A stretch of DNA of 64,000 nt. Origin: Gammaproteobacteria bacterium. GTDB taxonomy: Bacteria; Pseudomonadota; Gammaproteobacteria; GCA-002705445; GCA-002716945. Numbering within the stretch: the stretch's first letter is position 1; each line of letters begins with the position of its first letter. Where the stretch lies: contig JAYQJW010000002.1 of the NCBI GenBank assembly GCA_038142325.1, positions 843,328 through 907,327 on the forward strand, in the 5' to 3' direction. Shown in pieces: positions 41,715-51,808 of this stretch. The notes beneath the pieces were generated by a model. That model made no database searches. It was not told the origin of the DNA and saw nothing but the letters and a program-made list of their open reading frames with translations. The position numbers and the translations under genes are program-made.

Positions 41715-42296
41715 TTAACTAGACTTAAAATCTTTTTCAAGACTTTCTTTAACAGATTTATCAAGGATTACTTCTTTATCATACTCTTTGTGGTTAACTC
41801 CAACTACTATTTTATCGCTGGATAGAAATTCAGTTACCTCGTCATGGGTGAACTGAAACCTTAAAAAGTGTACGGCAGATGTTTTTTCATCAGTACTTCT
41901 ATCTAAATCTTCGTCTGCAAAAGCTATAACTTTTTTTTGACCAACAGATATCCAAATATTGTTTTCAATGTCATGAAGTTTAAGTAGCATTTGTCTTCTT
42001 ACTTCTACATCAGGATACATTATTAGCATAGTTGCTTTCAGATTCGTACCATCAGGAATAAGAGGGTTGTAGGCATCAATTTCTTCTTGTATTTCATCTT
42101 TTTTAAATATTTTCTCTATACGAAGCATCTCTTGTACTTGATATTTAATCGTCTTGAAATCTTCGAATATAAGAACAATGTTATCTCCTATACTGACAGT
42201 CCTATTTTTTTTGTGATTGATAACATCTTTTTTTAGATTCTCTCTTTCAGAATCATACTCTTCAAGCGATAGTAGGTTTGATATCTCTAATTTCAT
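41715..42296 (-). CDS. DUF3501 family protein
   Basis: HKKNR, YQVQEMLRIE, YNPLIPDG, KTSAVHFLRF; third gene of the rubrerythrin operon. Confidence 0.88.
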   Translation of the reverse strand: MKLEISNLLSLEEYDSERENLKKDVINHKKNRTVSIGDNIVLIFEDFKTIKYQVQEMLRIEKIFKKDEIQEEIDAYNPLIPDGTNLKATMLIMYPDVEVRRQMLLKLHDIENNIWISVGQKKVIAFADEDLDRSTDEKTSAVHFLRFQFTHDEVTEFLSSDKIVVGVNHKEYDKEVILDKSVKESLEKDFKSS

Positions 42297-42298
42297 GT

Positions 42299-43620
42299 TT
42301 ATATTCCGTATGCTTTTTTAATTAAACTAATTGGATGTTCAGGCGCCTGTGTGTTACCTAGTGAATTTTCAATATGATGAGCAGCTAACGAACAATCACT
42401 CGTAAAGCTATCAAAATTTGCATCTTTAAATGCTTTTGTTATAGGTTTGGCAATTTTGATTGCAATATCATGTGTTTCTGACTTGACGCCATACGTACCA
42501 TCATGTCCAGAACAACGTTCTAATGCATCAACTTTTGTTCCTGGTATCAATTCAAGAATTTTTTTGTCAACATGCCGAAGTTTTGTACCCTTTGGTGACA
42601 AGCAACCTGATAAGAAACATTACCAAGTTTTGTTTTGAAATCTTTATTTAATATACCTTCATCATTTAGCATATTTAAAAACTCAAATGGGTCTCTGAAT
42701 GATTGTGATACATTAATAAGATCTTGATTGTCTGGGAAAAGTAATGGCAGCTCCTGTTTATACATTAATACGCAAGAGGGTATAGGCGCTATTATTAAGT
42801 AGCCTTGTTCTACATATTTTTTGAATTGTGGCAAATTATTCTTCATCATCTGTTCAACTTTGGTAATATTTCCCAGTTCAAGCTTAGGCATACCACAACA
42901 GTTATCTTGAGAGATTATATCTACAGTCACATTGTTATGTTTTAAAATGTCATAGAAATCTTTAATTACACCAGGTTCATTATAATTGTGATAACAAGTT
43001 GTATATATAGCAACTTTGTATAGTGCATTATCAACATGATTCATGAGACCAAATTTTTTAGCGGTCTTAGATACAAATTTAGGTAGTTTTGCGTTTTGAT
43101 GAATGCCAAATAAGGTTAATAACTTTCTAAAAAGTTTCAAATTATTAAAAAAATTAGCAAAACTTGAAATTAGTGGTCTTGAAAATAATCTACCGAGCAT
43201 ATCTGTAGATGAGAGAATCTTGTCTCTTAGTGATGTTTTCTTTTTTGAATCCTTTATAGCTTTACCTCTCAACATAAGATGAGGAAAATCTATTTCCCAT
43301 TCATGTGGCGGTACATAAGGGCACTTAGTCATAAAACATAAATCACAAAGATAACAGTGGTCAACTACAGAGCTAAACTGTTCATAAGCTACACCATCAA
43401 CTTCAAAAGTCTCAGAATTATCTATCAAATCAAACAGACTTGGAAATGAGTTACACAAGCTAACACAGCGTCTACATCCATGACATGCGTCAGCAACTCT
43501 TCTAAGCTCTTGCTCATATTTTTCTTCGTTCAAAAAGTCAGGATTTTTCCAGTCAATTATATGCCTGGTTGGTTTTTCTAAACCGCCTTCTGTGGTTGTG
43601 TTTTTATTAGTTATGTCCAT
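42299..43620 (-). CDS. Rubrerythrin-associated Fe-S oxidoreductase (CCG domains; apparent frameshift at about 42560)
   Basis: CHGCRRCVSLC, CYLCDLCFMTKCPY, CCGMP, ACH, then RCSGHDGTYG and SDC in the second ORF. Confidence 0.88.
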
Positions 43621-43641
43621 TTTATTTCCAAAATTTTTGCT

Positions 43642-43668
43642 CTAGTGAGCGATAATATCGCTCACTAG
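43642..43668. repeat. Perfect intergenic hairpin between rubrerythrin and the oxidoreductase gene
   Basis: CTAGTGAGCGAT-AAT-ATCGCTCACTAG, a 12-bp stem with no U-tract on the coding strand. Confidence 0.8.
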
Positions 43669-43677
43669 TACATAAAG

Positions 43678-44097
43678 TTATGAGATTGATTCTAGCGCTT
43701 TTGTAAAACGATTAGCATGAGATCTCTCAGCTTTAGCAAGAGTTTCAAACCAGTCAGCTATTTCATCATGACCTTCATCTCTAGCTGTCTTTGCCATTCC
43801 AGGATACATATCTGTATACTCATGAGTTTCGCCAGCTATAGCAGCTTTCAAGTTAGCTACGCTATCACCGATAGGTTCACCTGTTGCTGGGTCGCCACAT
43901 TCTTTTTCAAGATATTCAAGGTGACCATGAGCATGTCCAGTTTCTCCTTCAGCTGTTGAACGAAAAACAGTAGCTATGTCGTTTTGTCCTTCTACATCAG
44001 CTTTTGCCGCAAAGTAAAGATAACGTCTATTTGCTTGTGACTCACCAGCAAATGCATCTTTTAGGTTTTGTTCAGTTTTTGAACCTTTTAAGCTCAT
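43678..44097 (-). CDS. rbr: Rubrerythrin, short form lacking the rubredoxin domain
   Basis: AFAGESQANRRY, EGETGHA, GETHEYTDMYP, AERSHA diiron motifs. Confidence 0.95.
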   Translation of the reverse strand: MSLKGSKTEQNLKDAFAGESQANRRYLYFAAKADVEGQNDIATVFRSTAEGETGHAHGHLEYLEKECGDPATGEPIGDSVANLKAAIAGETHEYTDMYPGMAKTARDEGHDEIADWFETLAKAERSHANRFTKALESIS

Positions 44098-44117
44098 AAT
44101 ATTCTCCTAAATTATTA

Positions 44118-44134
44118 TTTAGAATGATTCTAAA
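44118..44134. promoter_or_regulatory. ICE (Irr)/PerR-type operator
   Basis: Perfect palindrome TTTAGAA-TGA-TTCTAAA, 20 bp upstream of the rbr start. Confidence 0.8.
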
Positions 44135-44214
44135 TTTATAAAATATATATGTCAAATATTTTCTGCTATTATAGACAAGATGATAATGATTCTTGTTATC
44201 TTTGAGTATATGTT

Positions 44215-45228
44215 TTGAATAAATTAATTTTTCAGCTTTTTAAAAATATTGCATTTAAACTAGACCCAGAAAAAGTTCATGACATATCTCTTGCAAGTTT
44301 GGATCTAATATATGGAAGCTATATCGGTAAACTTTTTCATAAAAAGATCATAAAAAATAAAACTAAACAATTTGATATTGTTTTTGATAATCCAGTTGGA
44401 CTTGCTGCTGGGTTTGATAAAAATGCTGACTATCTAAATTTTATTTCGAATGTAGGTTTTGGTTTTATCGAGGTTGGTACTCTTACTCCCAAACCGCAAC
44501 TTGGTAATCCTAAACCAAGAGTATTTAGGATAGTTGATGATGAAGCGATAATTAATCATTTAGGTTTTAATAATAAAGGCATTGATTACGCGATTGATCA
44601 AATAAAAAAATTTAGCAAAAAAATTCCAATTGGAATTAATATTGGTAAAAATGCAACTACAAAAATACAAGATGCTTTCCAAGATTACGAGTACTGCTTA
44701 AGAAAAGCTTATGCTGTAGCAGATTATATAACCTTAAATGTTTCTTCGCCGAATACTAAAAATTTAAGGGATTTGCAGAAAGGTGAAAATATGGAGGAAT
44801 TACTGTGCTCTATAAAGAAACTTCATGATAATCTAAGAAAAGTATATAAAAAATATACTCCTTTAGTTCTAAAAATTGCTCCTGATATTTCCATTGATAC
44901 TATCTCTGAATTATCAATACTTATAGATAAATATGAAGTTGACGGGGTTATTTGTACGAATACTACTATAGATAAATCAGAAATTTCAGAAAAATACATC
45001 AACATACAAGGAGGACTGAGTGGTAAGCCTTTACTAAATAAATCTAATGAGATACTTAAACAAGTTAATAATAAAATTAGCAAGGACAAAACTATTATCG
45101 GTGTAGGTGGAATAGACTCATGGGAATCTGCTAATGAAAAATTTAAAAATGGAGCCGATTTAATACAGCTTTATACTGGGCTCGTCTACTAAGGTCCTTC
45201 TGTTATAAGAGATATTTTAAAATATTAG
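44215..45228 (+). CDS. pyrD: Dihydroorotate dehydrogenase (quinone); in-frame TAA at 45190 within the YxGP motif
   Basis: NPVGLAAGFDKN, NVSSPNT, KIAPD, GGLSGKPL, QLYTGLVY*GPSVIRDILKY. Confidence 0.93.
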
Positions 45229-45231
45229 TGG

Positions 45232-45522
45232 TTATTCTGGTTTCCAGACACCATAGGCATCATCTGTTGATGACGTCGAATCTTTGCTTTCTTCTGAAAG
45301 AGTTTCAGTCTGTTGATCATAGACATATTGTGTAAAATCAATTAACTGTTTAAGGATATCATCTCTATCTTTCTTGGGTATTTCAGCTGTCGCAACAATA
45401 GATCCAACAACGGCGGATAAATATTGGGATGCTAAAATAGGATCCTCATTTTTTGGTTCATAATCTACGAGAACTTTTTGAAGATTCTTTAGTAACTCTG
45501 GTTTTAGTACTATTTCAGTCAT
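45232..45522 (-). CDS. Hypothetical protein, 96 aa
   Basis: Fills the gap between pyrD and the MBL gene; helical core, low-complexity linker, C-terminal AYGVWKPE. Confidence 0.7.
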   Translation of the reverse strand: MTEIVLKPELLKNLQKVLVDYEPKNEDPILASQYLSAVVGSIVATAEIPKKDRDDILKQLIDFTQYVYDQQTETLSEESKDSTSSTDDAYGVWKPE

Positions 45523-45557
45523 AAATATTCAATCAAGTTATATTATAATGATAATGT

Positions 45558-46253
45558 ATGCAAGCTATAAATACATTGTCTGTTAAAACATTTGATGTTG
45601 GCCCTATGTTAAATATTGTGTATCTAATATGGGACAATAAAACTAAGGATACCGCAATAGTTGATCCTGCATGGGACTTAACTGAAGTGCTAAATTTCAT
45701 AGACAAAAAGGAGCTTAGGTTACGAAAGATTTTACTCACTCATAGTCATCATGATCATGTAAATTCGATTGATATAATACTTAAAAAATATGATATTCCA
45801 ATATATATAAATAAACTTGAAGCAGACTTTTGGTCTAAAGAGTATGATAATTTACTGACAACAAATTCAAATGAAAAAATAATATTAGGGTCCACAGAAA
45901 TTTCTTCTCTTCATACTCCTGGCCATACTCCTGGTTCATGCTGCTATTCATTTGATGGTAATCTTATTGCGGGCGATACATTATTCGTATTTGGATGTGG
46001 TAGATGCGATCTCCATGGGGGTAACCCTGAAGAGATGTATAAATCACTTAAACGTTTAAAAGAAAATCTCTCTAAAGAGACTATCATTATGCCTGGGCAT
46101 AATTACTCAATAAAAAGAAATTCAACCCTTAAAGAAGAAATTCAAGGGAATCCATTTTTTAATTTCAATAACCTAAAAGATTTTAGGCAGTATAGAATGC
46201 ACGAACATGATAAAACAAGAATTGAACCATATGCTCCTATTATTAATTGCTAG
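45558..46253 (+). CDS. MBL-fold metallohydrolase (glyoxalase II-like)
   Basis: THSHHDH, HTPGHTPG, GDTLF..GCGR, PGH.Y. Confidence 0.88.
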   Translation: MQAINTLSVKTFDVGPMLNIVYLIWDNKTKDTAIVDPAWDLTEVLNFIDKKELRLRKILLTHSHHDHVNSIDIILKKYDIPIYINKLEADFWSKEYDNLLTTNSNEKIILGSTEISSLHTPGHTPGSCCYSFDGNLIAGDTLFVFGCGRCDLHGGNPEEMYKSLKRLKENLSKETIIMPGHNYSIKRNSTLKEEIQGNPFFNFNNLKDFRQYRMHEHDKTRIEPYAPIINC

Positions 46254-46737
46254 ATGCTTTCAATGCTGATTTAAGTCTTAAAACCAACTTTCTTGTTAAA
46301 GCTCTAGTGATTGAATCGTTTGCAATGATTTCCTTCTCTTTGGTTCCCTGCATTTGTGACTCATCGAAATCATATGATGCGTTTGCAGTAAGGTTGCCAG
46401 TTTGTCTGACACCATCGGATAATATTAATTGATACTCTAGGGTTTTGCTTATCTCATATTCGTCAGCTCTCCCGGATGAATTCACTGATAACTGTCTTTT
46501 TGAAGTTTTAATATTTATTATTCTTATAATAGGATATTTTTCTTCAGTTGTATTTTTAACTAATTGCGAACCTGGTAATTTTTGTTGGAGTAATCTGACA
46601 ATTTCATTTTCCGAACTACCAGTAATTAACACCTGATCTAGTCCATCTATGTTTATACTACCTCTTAACTGGTAACCACATGATGATATGATTATGCTCG
46701 TTGATAATAAGAATAAGATTTGAATTAGTTTTCTCAT
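46243..46737 (-). CDS. lptE: LPS assembly lipoprotein LptE
   Basis: Lipobox SSCGYQLRG; directly downstream of leuS. Confidence 0.88.
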   Translation of the reverse strand: MRKLIQILFLLSTSIIISSCGYQLRGSINIDGLDQVLITGSSENEIVRLLQQKLPGSQLVKNTTEEKYPIIRIINIKTSKRQLSVNSSGRADEYEISKTLEYQLILSDGVRQTGNLTANASYDFDESQMQGTKEKEIIANDSITRALTRKLVLRLKSALKASSN

Positions 46738-49145
46738 TTAATTACATAGTTGATAAGTTTATTCGGTATATATATTGTTTTAATAACATTGGCATTCGTC
46801 AAATATTCTATAGTTTTTTTATCATTTGATGCTATTTTCATAACAACATCTTCATTACTTCCTTTTGGTGCCATTACTTTACTTCTCAGTTTACCATTGA
46901 TTTGAATAATTATTTGCACTTCTTGATTACAGTCAATGTCCTCAATCTTATCTGGCCAACTGGGATTTAGAGCTTGATTAAATTCTATTACTGATAAAAT
47001 TGAGTAGCATATATGAGGTGTAATTGGATAAAGTAGTTTAGCGATAGTACTCATACATTTTTTGGCTGTTTTATCTGAAATTGTTTGATTGTCTGTTGCT
47101 TTAGCTAGACCGTTATAAAATTCCATAATTGTTGCAATTGCAGTGTTATAAGATTTTCTTTTGAAAATATCATTTGTTACCTTATCTATTACCTCGTTAT
47201 GTTTTAATTGTATGAGCATATCTTTATCATTGTTTTGATCATATGATGTGTGGATATGATGGGTTAAATTCCACAACCTTTTCAAAAATTTAAAACCTCC
47301 CTCAATTCCAGAGTCTGACCATTCAAGGTTTTGTTCTGGTGGCGCTGCGAATAAGATAAATAGTCGAATAGTATCTGCGCCATATTTTCCAATAATTTCA
47401 TCAGGATCAATTGTATTGCCTTTTGATTTTGACATTTTTGATCCATCTTTAAGAACCATGCCTTGAGACAACAATGACATAAAGGGTTCGTCATTATCAA
47501 TCAACCCTTCATCTTTTAGGAGTTTATTGAAAAATCTAGCATACAACAGATGAAGAATCGCATGTTCAATTCCGCCAATATACTGGTCTACAGGCAACCA
47601 TGATTTATATTTGTCATCCATCATTTTAATGTTATTTTTAGGATCTAAAAATCTCAAATAATACCAGGACGATTCAAAGAAAGTATCAAAAGTATCTGTC
47701 TCTCTAGTTGCTTTTTGTCCAGTGTAAGGACATATCATATTCTTCCAAGATTCACATTTATCGAGAGGGTTCCCTTCTCCATTTAAATCTATATCTTTTG
47801 GTAATTCAACAGGAAGCTGATCCTCCGGAATAGGATGGACAGATCCATCTTCAAGATAAAAAACAGGTATTGGGGTTCCCCAATATCTCTGTCTTGATAT
47901 ACCCCAATCTCTAAGACGATAGGTGATTAGTTCTTCTCCAATATGTTGCTCAGTACAGTATTTTGATATTTGAATTTTAGCTTCTTGAGAATTCATCTTA
48001 TCAAACTCATGTGAATTAATTAATTTGCCATCACCTAAATAAGGAAGTTTTTTACTTTCTTCATCATCAATGACCTGAATAATTTCTATTTTAAACTTAT
48101 CTGCAAACTCAAAATCTCTTGAATCATGTGCAGGAACACCCATTACAACACCAGTTCCGTAACTATCTAAAACATAGTTTGCAATCCATATTGGTATGTT
48201 TTTTTTAGTTATTGGGTGTATACAGTTTACACCGGTGAATATTCCATCCTTTTCGAGTTTTGCCGAGGACTCTTCAGAAAGCTTTAGCTTTCGATACTTT
48301 GTGATAAAGTTTTTAATATTTTGATTTTTTTCAGCTAAATCAAGAGAAAGATCATGATTAATGCTGATTGCAACATATGTCACACCAAAGAGTGTATCAG
48401 GCCTGGTTGTGAATGCCGTGAATGTCCCATTGTTATCAGACTCGAAACGAATATTCAATCCTTTGGACTTTCCAATCCAATTTTTTTGCATTACTTTTAC
48501 AGATTCTGGCCAACCTTTTAGCTTATCAATATCGTTTAATAATTGTTCAGCAAAAGAGGTGATCTTTAAAAACCATTGAGGAATTTTTTTTCTCTCAACA
48601 ATTGCTCCTGATCTCCAGCCTTTTCCATCAATAACTTGCTCATTTGCTAAAACTGTTTTATCAACTGGATCCCAGTTTACTTCAGATAATTTCCTATAAA
48701 CCAAACCTTTTTTTAGTAATTGTAGAAAAAACCATTGCTCCCACTTGAAATAACCTGGATCTGCAGTAGATATCTCATTGTCCCAATCGTAGAGAATGCC
48801 AATGTTTTCAAGTTGAGATTTCATATGGAGAATATTTTTCTTAGTCCATTCTTCAGGGTGAACTTTATTTTTAATGGCAGCATTCTCAGCTGGCAAACCG
48901 AAAGCATCCCAACCCATGGGTTGGAAAACATTTTTTCCAATCATCTTATGCGACCTAGTTATTACGTCACCGATGGTATAGTTTCTTACATGGCCCATGT
49001 GGAGTTTTCCACTTGGATAAGGGAACATGCTTAATACGTAATATTTATTCTTAGAATCTAGAAGTTTATTCTTATTATTTTGATTACGCAGCCATTCTTG
49101 CTGAGCAATTTTTTCTATATCCTGTGGATGATAAACTTTATTCAT
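46734..49145 (-). CDS. leuS: Leucine--tRNA ligase
   Basis: MFPYPSGKLHMGH, FTTRPDT, DWGISRQRYWG, KMSKS. Confidence 0.97.
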   Translation of the reverse strand: MNKVYHPQDIEKIAQQEWLRNQNNKNKLLDSKNKYYVLSMFPYPSGKLHMGHVRNYTIGDVITRSHKMIGKNVFQPMGWDAFGLPAENAAIKNKVHPEEWTKKNILHMKSQLENIGILYDWDNEISTADPGYFKWEQWFFLQLLKKGLVYRKLSEVNWDPVDKTVLANEQVIDGKGWRSGAIVERKKIPQWFLKITSFAEQLLNDIDKLKGWPESVKVMQKNWIGKSKGLNIRFESDNNGTFTAFTTRPDTLFGVTYVAISINHDLSLDLAEKNQNIKNFITKYRKLKLSEESSAKLEKDGIFTGVNCIHPITKKNIPIWIANYVLDSYGTGVVMGVPAHDSRDFEFADKFKIEIIQVIDDEESKKLPYLGDGKLINSHEFDKMNSQEAKIQISKYCTEQHIGEELITYRLRDWGISRQRYWGTPIPVFYLEDGSVHPIPEDQLPVELPKDIDLNGEGNPLDKCESWKNMICPYTGQKATRETDTFDTFFESSWYYLRFLDPKNNIKMMDDKYKSWLPVDQYIGGIEHAILHLLYARFFNKLLKDEGLIDNDEPFMSLLSQGMVLKDGSKMSKSKGNTIDPDEIIGKYGADTIRLFILFAAPPEQNLEWSDSGIEGGFKFLKRLWNLTHHIHTSYDQNNDKDMLIQLKHNEVIDKVTNDIFKRKSYNTAIATIMEFYNGLAKATDNQTISDKTAKKCMSTIAKLLYPITPHICYSILSVIEFNQALNPSWPDKIEDIDCNQEVQIIIQINGKLRSKVMAPKGSNEDVVMKIASNDKKTIEYLTNANVIKTIYIPNKLINYVIK

Positions 49146-50599
49146 AATGGTCTGATATTCGATTAAAACCTCTAAGCGTTAGTGACAAAAATATTAACAT
49201 CAAAATGAAAATATCACCATATTGAGAATAAAAAGATAGGCTCATAGCTGTTGGTATCTGTGCATTAATAGTACCAACGGTATCATTTTCAATATGATCT
49301 ATTAAGCGACCTTTGTTATCTATCACAGCACTTATACCTGTATTAGTTGCTCTCAATATATACCTGTTAAATTCTAAAGCTCTAATCTGATTAATTTGAA
49401 GATGCTGATGAGGAGCTAAAGTTTTTCCAAACCAGGAATCATTACTAATATTAATAATTATTTCGTTTTCAGATCTAGAGTCAATTAAACGAGGAAATGC
49501 GCTTTCAAAGCATATCATTGGGAGAATATTTACATTACCGATCGATAATTCTTTTTTATTATCTTTACCATGATGCAAATTAGATAAAGGTATCTCTAAG
49601 ACATTTGATAATCCTATGAGTAAATCATACCATGGAGTATATTCACCAAATGGCACTAGTTTTCTCTTATCATAATAATCAATACTGTTTGAAAACAAGA
49701 CCATGCTGTTGTGATAATGTTTACTGTCCTTTGTAAAAAGTCCTGTCACAAGCGCATTCCTATTACTTGTTAATGATTGGAATTTATCAAATAGTGGGTT
49801 TTTTTTATCAAATACTATCGGCAATATTGTCTCAGGAAATATTACTAAGTTACTCGACCTATTATCCTGAAGTATTTGATTATACTTAGTAATTATTTTT
49901 GAATGATTGATCTTTTCATATGCTTCATTAGGATATATGTTTGGTTGATATATGGTAATAGCAATACTATTTGACTGATTAATATTATCCTCATTCAAAT
50001 GGGCAGGTTGAGCAAAAAAATATATAAAAAGAAAAAAAAATGACATTGTTAAATAAGAAATGCTTTTACTTCTTATGGCTTTATAAATAATCCCAGAAAA
50101 AAGGATGATCAAATAACCAACTGCATAATTTCCAAAAATCGGATAAATAAAATTAAATACACTTTCATTTTGACTATAGCCGACTAAAAGCCATGGAAAG
50201 CCTCCAAAAATAAATGATTTAATATATTCTGCAACTATGAAAATAGCAGTGATAGACATTAGATTAATAAAATTATATTTGTAGATTTTTTTATAAAATA
50301 GTCCGACTAAGAGCATATGGTAAGCTCACAATAATGATTACTATTAAGGTGACAGTAAAACTTGAAATGTAGGCCATAGAGCCAAATGTAGTCAGAGAGT
50401 GACTTATCCAAGAAATGCCGAATAAATGAAATATGATAGAGAATAAAAAAAGATAAAGGAGTCTATTTTTTTTTGCAGATATACCATCTAAAACATAGAA
50501 TAGAGTTATAAAACTTACAATGATTAAGAACTTATAATCATATGGTGCAAATGCTAGAGAATATGCAAGACCTGATAAAAAGAGATAAAAAAAACTCAA
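49138..50599 (-). CDS. lnt: Apolipoprotein N-acyltransferase (apparent frameshift at about 50310)
   Basis: LAFAP, GGFPWL, FPET, KRKLVPFGEY, ICFE, SNDSWFG, RATNTGIS. Confidence 0.92.
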
Positions 50600-51426
50600 C
50601 TTTCTTTATTTTTTATAATCAGCTGAATCCGATTGATCTTTTTTGAATCAGCAGACAAAACTGTGAATAAAAAATTATTCACTTGATATGACTCTTGTTT
50701 TTTTGGTACTTTCTCAAATTTGTTTATTAGAAATCCTCCAAGAGTCTCTACTCCGTCATCGCAAAGCTTTGAATTAAACTTTTCATTAAAATCCTCAAGG
50801 TCTAAAAGTGCATCAAGAATATACTTATTAGCAGATTGTTGAATAATCAGTTCCTTGCTTGAGACATCATGCTCATCATCAATATCTCCAATAATCTCCT
50901 CAATCAAATCCTCTAAAGTTATTAGGCCTGAAATATTACTATGTTCATCAATCACCATAGCAATATGATTTCTGCTTGCTTTAAATTCATTTAAAAGTAT
51001 GTTTAATCTTTTACTCTCCGGTATAAATTTTGCTGGCCTAATATAATCATGCAGATCAAAATCATTAGTAGTTGAAATTTGATATTTAAGTAAATCTTTA
51101 GCATGGAGTATGCCAAGTATTTCGTCAAGTTTATCATTGACAACAGGAAATCGTGAATGTCCAGAATTGATAACTTTATTTATGACTGTTTGTAGGTCCT
51201 CATTTACATTAATTGTGATCATATGAGGTCGTGGAATCATGATTTCTCTAACTGGAATTTCAGATACGCTAAACACGCCCAAAATCATTTGATAAGTATC
51301 ATGTGATAGAAGTTGATTTTTGAAGGCTGTTTCTAAAAGAATGATAAGATCATTCTTACTCTTAGGAGTATCACCTAGTAAATCCTTAATTTTATCAATC
51401 CAGTTATTATCTTTAAGCTCTGACAT
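50596..51426 (-). CDS. corC: Mg/Co efflux protein CorC (CBS domains)
   Basis: VREIMIPR, SGHSRFPV, FIPESK, GLITLEDLIEEIIGDIDDEHD. Confidence 0.92.
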   Translation of the reverse strand: MSELKDNNWIDKIKDLLGDTPKSKNDLIILLETAFKNQLLSHDTYQMILGVFSVSEIPVREIMIPRPHMITINVNEDLQTVINKVINSGHSRFPVVNDKLDEILGILHAKDLLKYQISTTNDFDLHDYIRPAKFIPESKRLNILLNEFKASRNHIAMVIDEHSNISGLITLEDLIEEIIGDIDDEHDVSSKELIIQQSANKYILDALLDLEDFNEKFNSKLCDDGVETLGGFLINKFEKVPKKQESYQVNNFLFTVLSADSKKINRIQLIIKNKES

Positions 51427-51808
51427 AAGGGTTTCCAAAGTTCATTTTGTTCAGAATTTTAGTCTCAACTTTCTCCATATGATTTTGTTTGTTTTTTGTA
51501 TCATGACTAAAACCTTGTAAATGAAGCATAGAATGAACAATCATATGCGCCCACCTGAAATTGAGAGAGAATCCAAACTCCTTGGCTTCTCTGTTAATAA
51601 CCTGAGCACACAATATTATATCACCATGAATATAGTTGCCTTCAATGTATGGAAAAGTTAATACATTGGTAGATCTATCTTTTTTTAGATACTTGAAGTT
51701 TAAAGTTTTCATTCTTTTCTCACCAACGAAAATTAAATTTACATGCGATACTAGATTTTTAACTAAACTGAAATTGATCCAATTCTTGATATCTTTGTTA
51801 CTTGGCAT
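51413..51808 (-). CDS. ybeY: rRNA maturation endoribonuclease YbeY
   Basis: TNVLTFP, GDIILC, HMIVHSMLHLQGFSH. Confidence 0.9.
   Translation of the reverse strand: MPSNKDIKNWINFSLVKNLVSHVNLIFVGEKRMKTLNFKYLKKDRSTNVLTFPYIEGNYIHGDIILCAQVINREAKEFGFSLNFRWAHMIVHSMLHLQGFSHDTKNKQNHMEKVETKILNKMNFGNPYVRA

Noticed and set aside
46734-49145. LeuS lacks the leucine-specific insertion before KMSKS
   Set aside because: This domain is variable or absent in many bacterial LeuRS enzymes.
280-50320. Programmed frameshifting or phase variation at the split genes
   Set aside because: The breaks hit unrelated and essential housekeeping genes at short homopolymers with no shared stimulatory signal; sequencing error is simpler.
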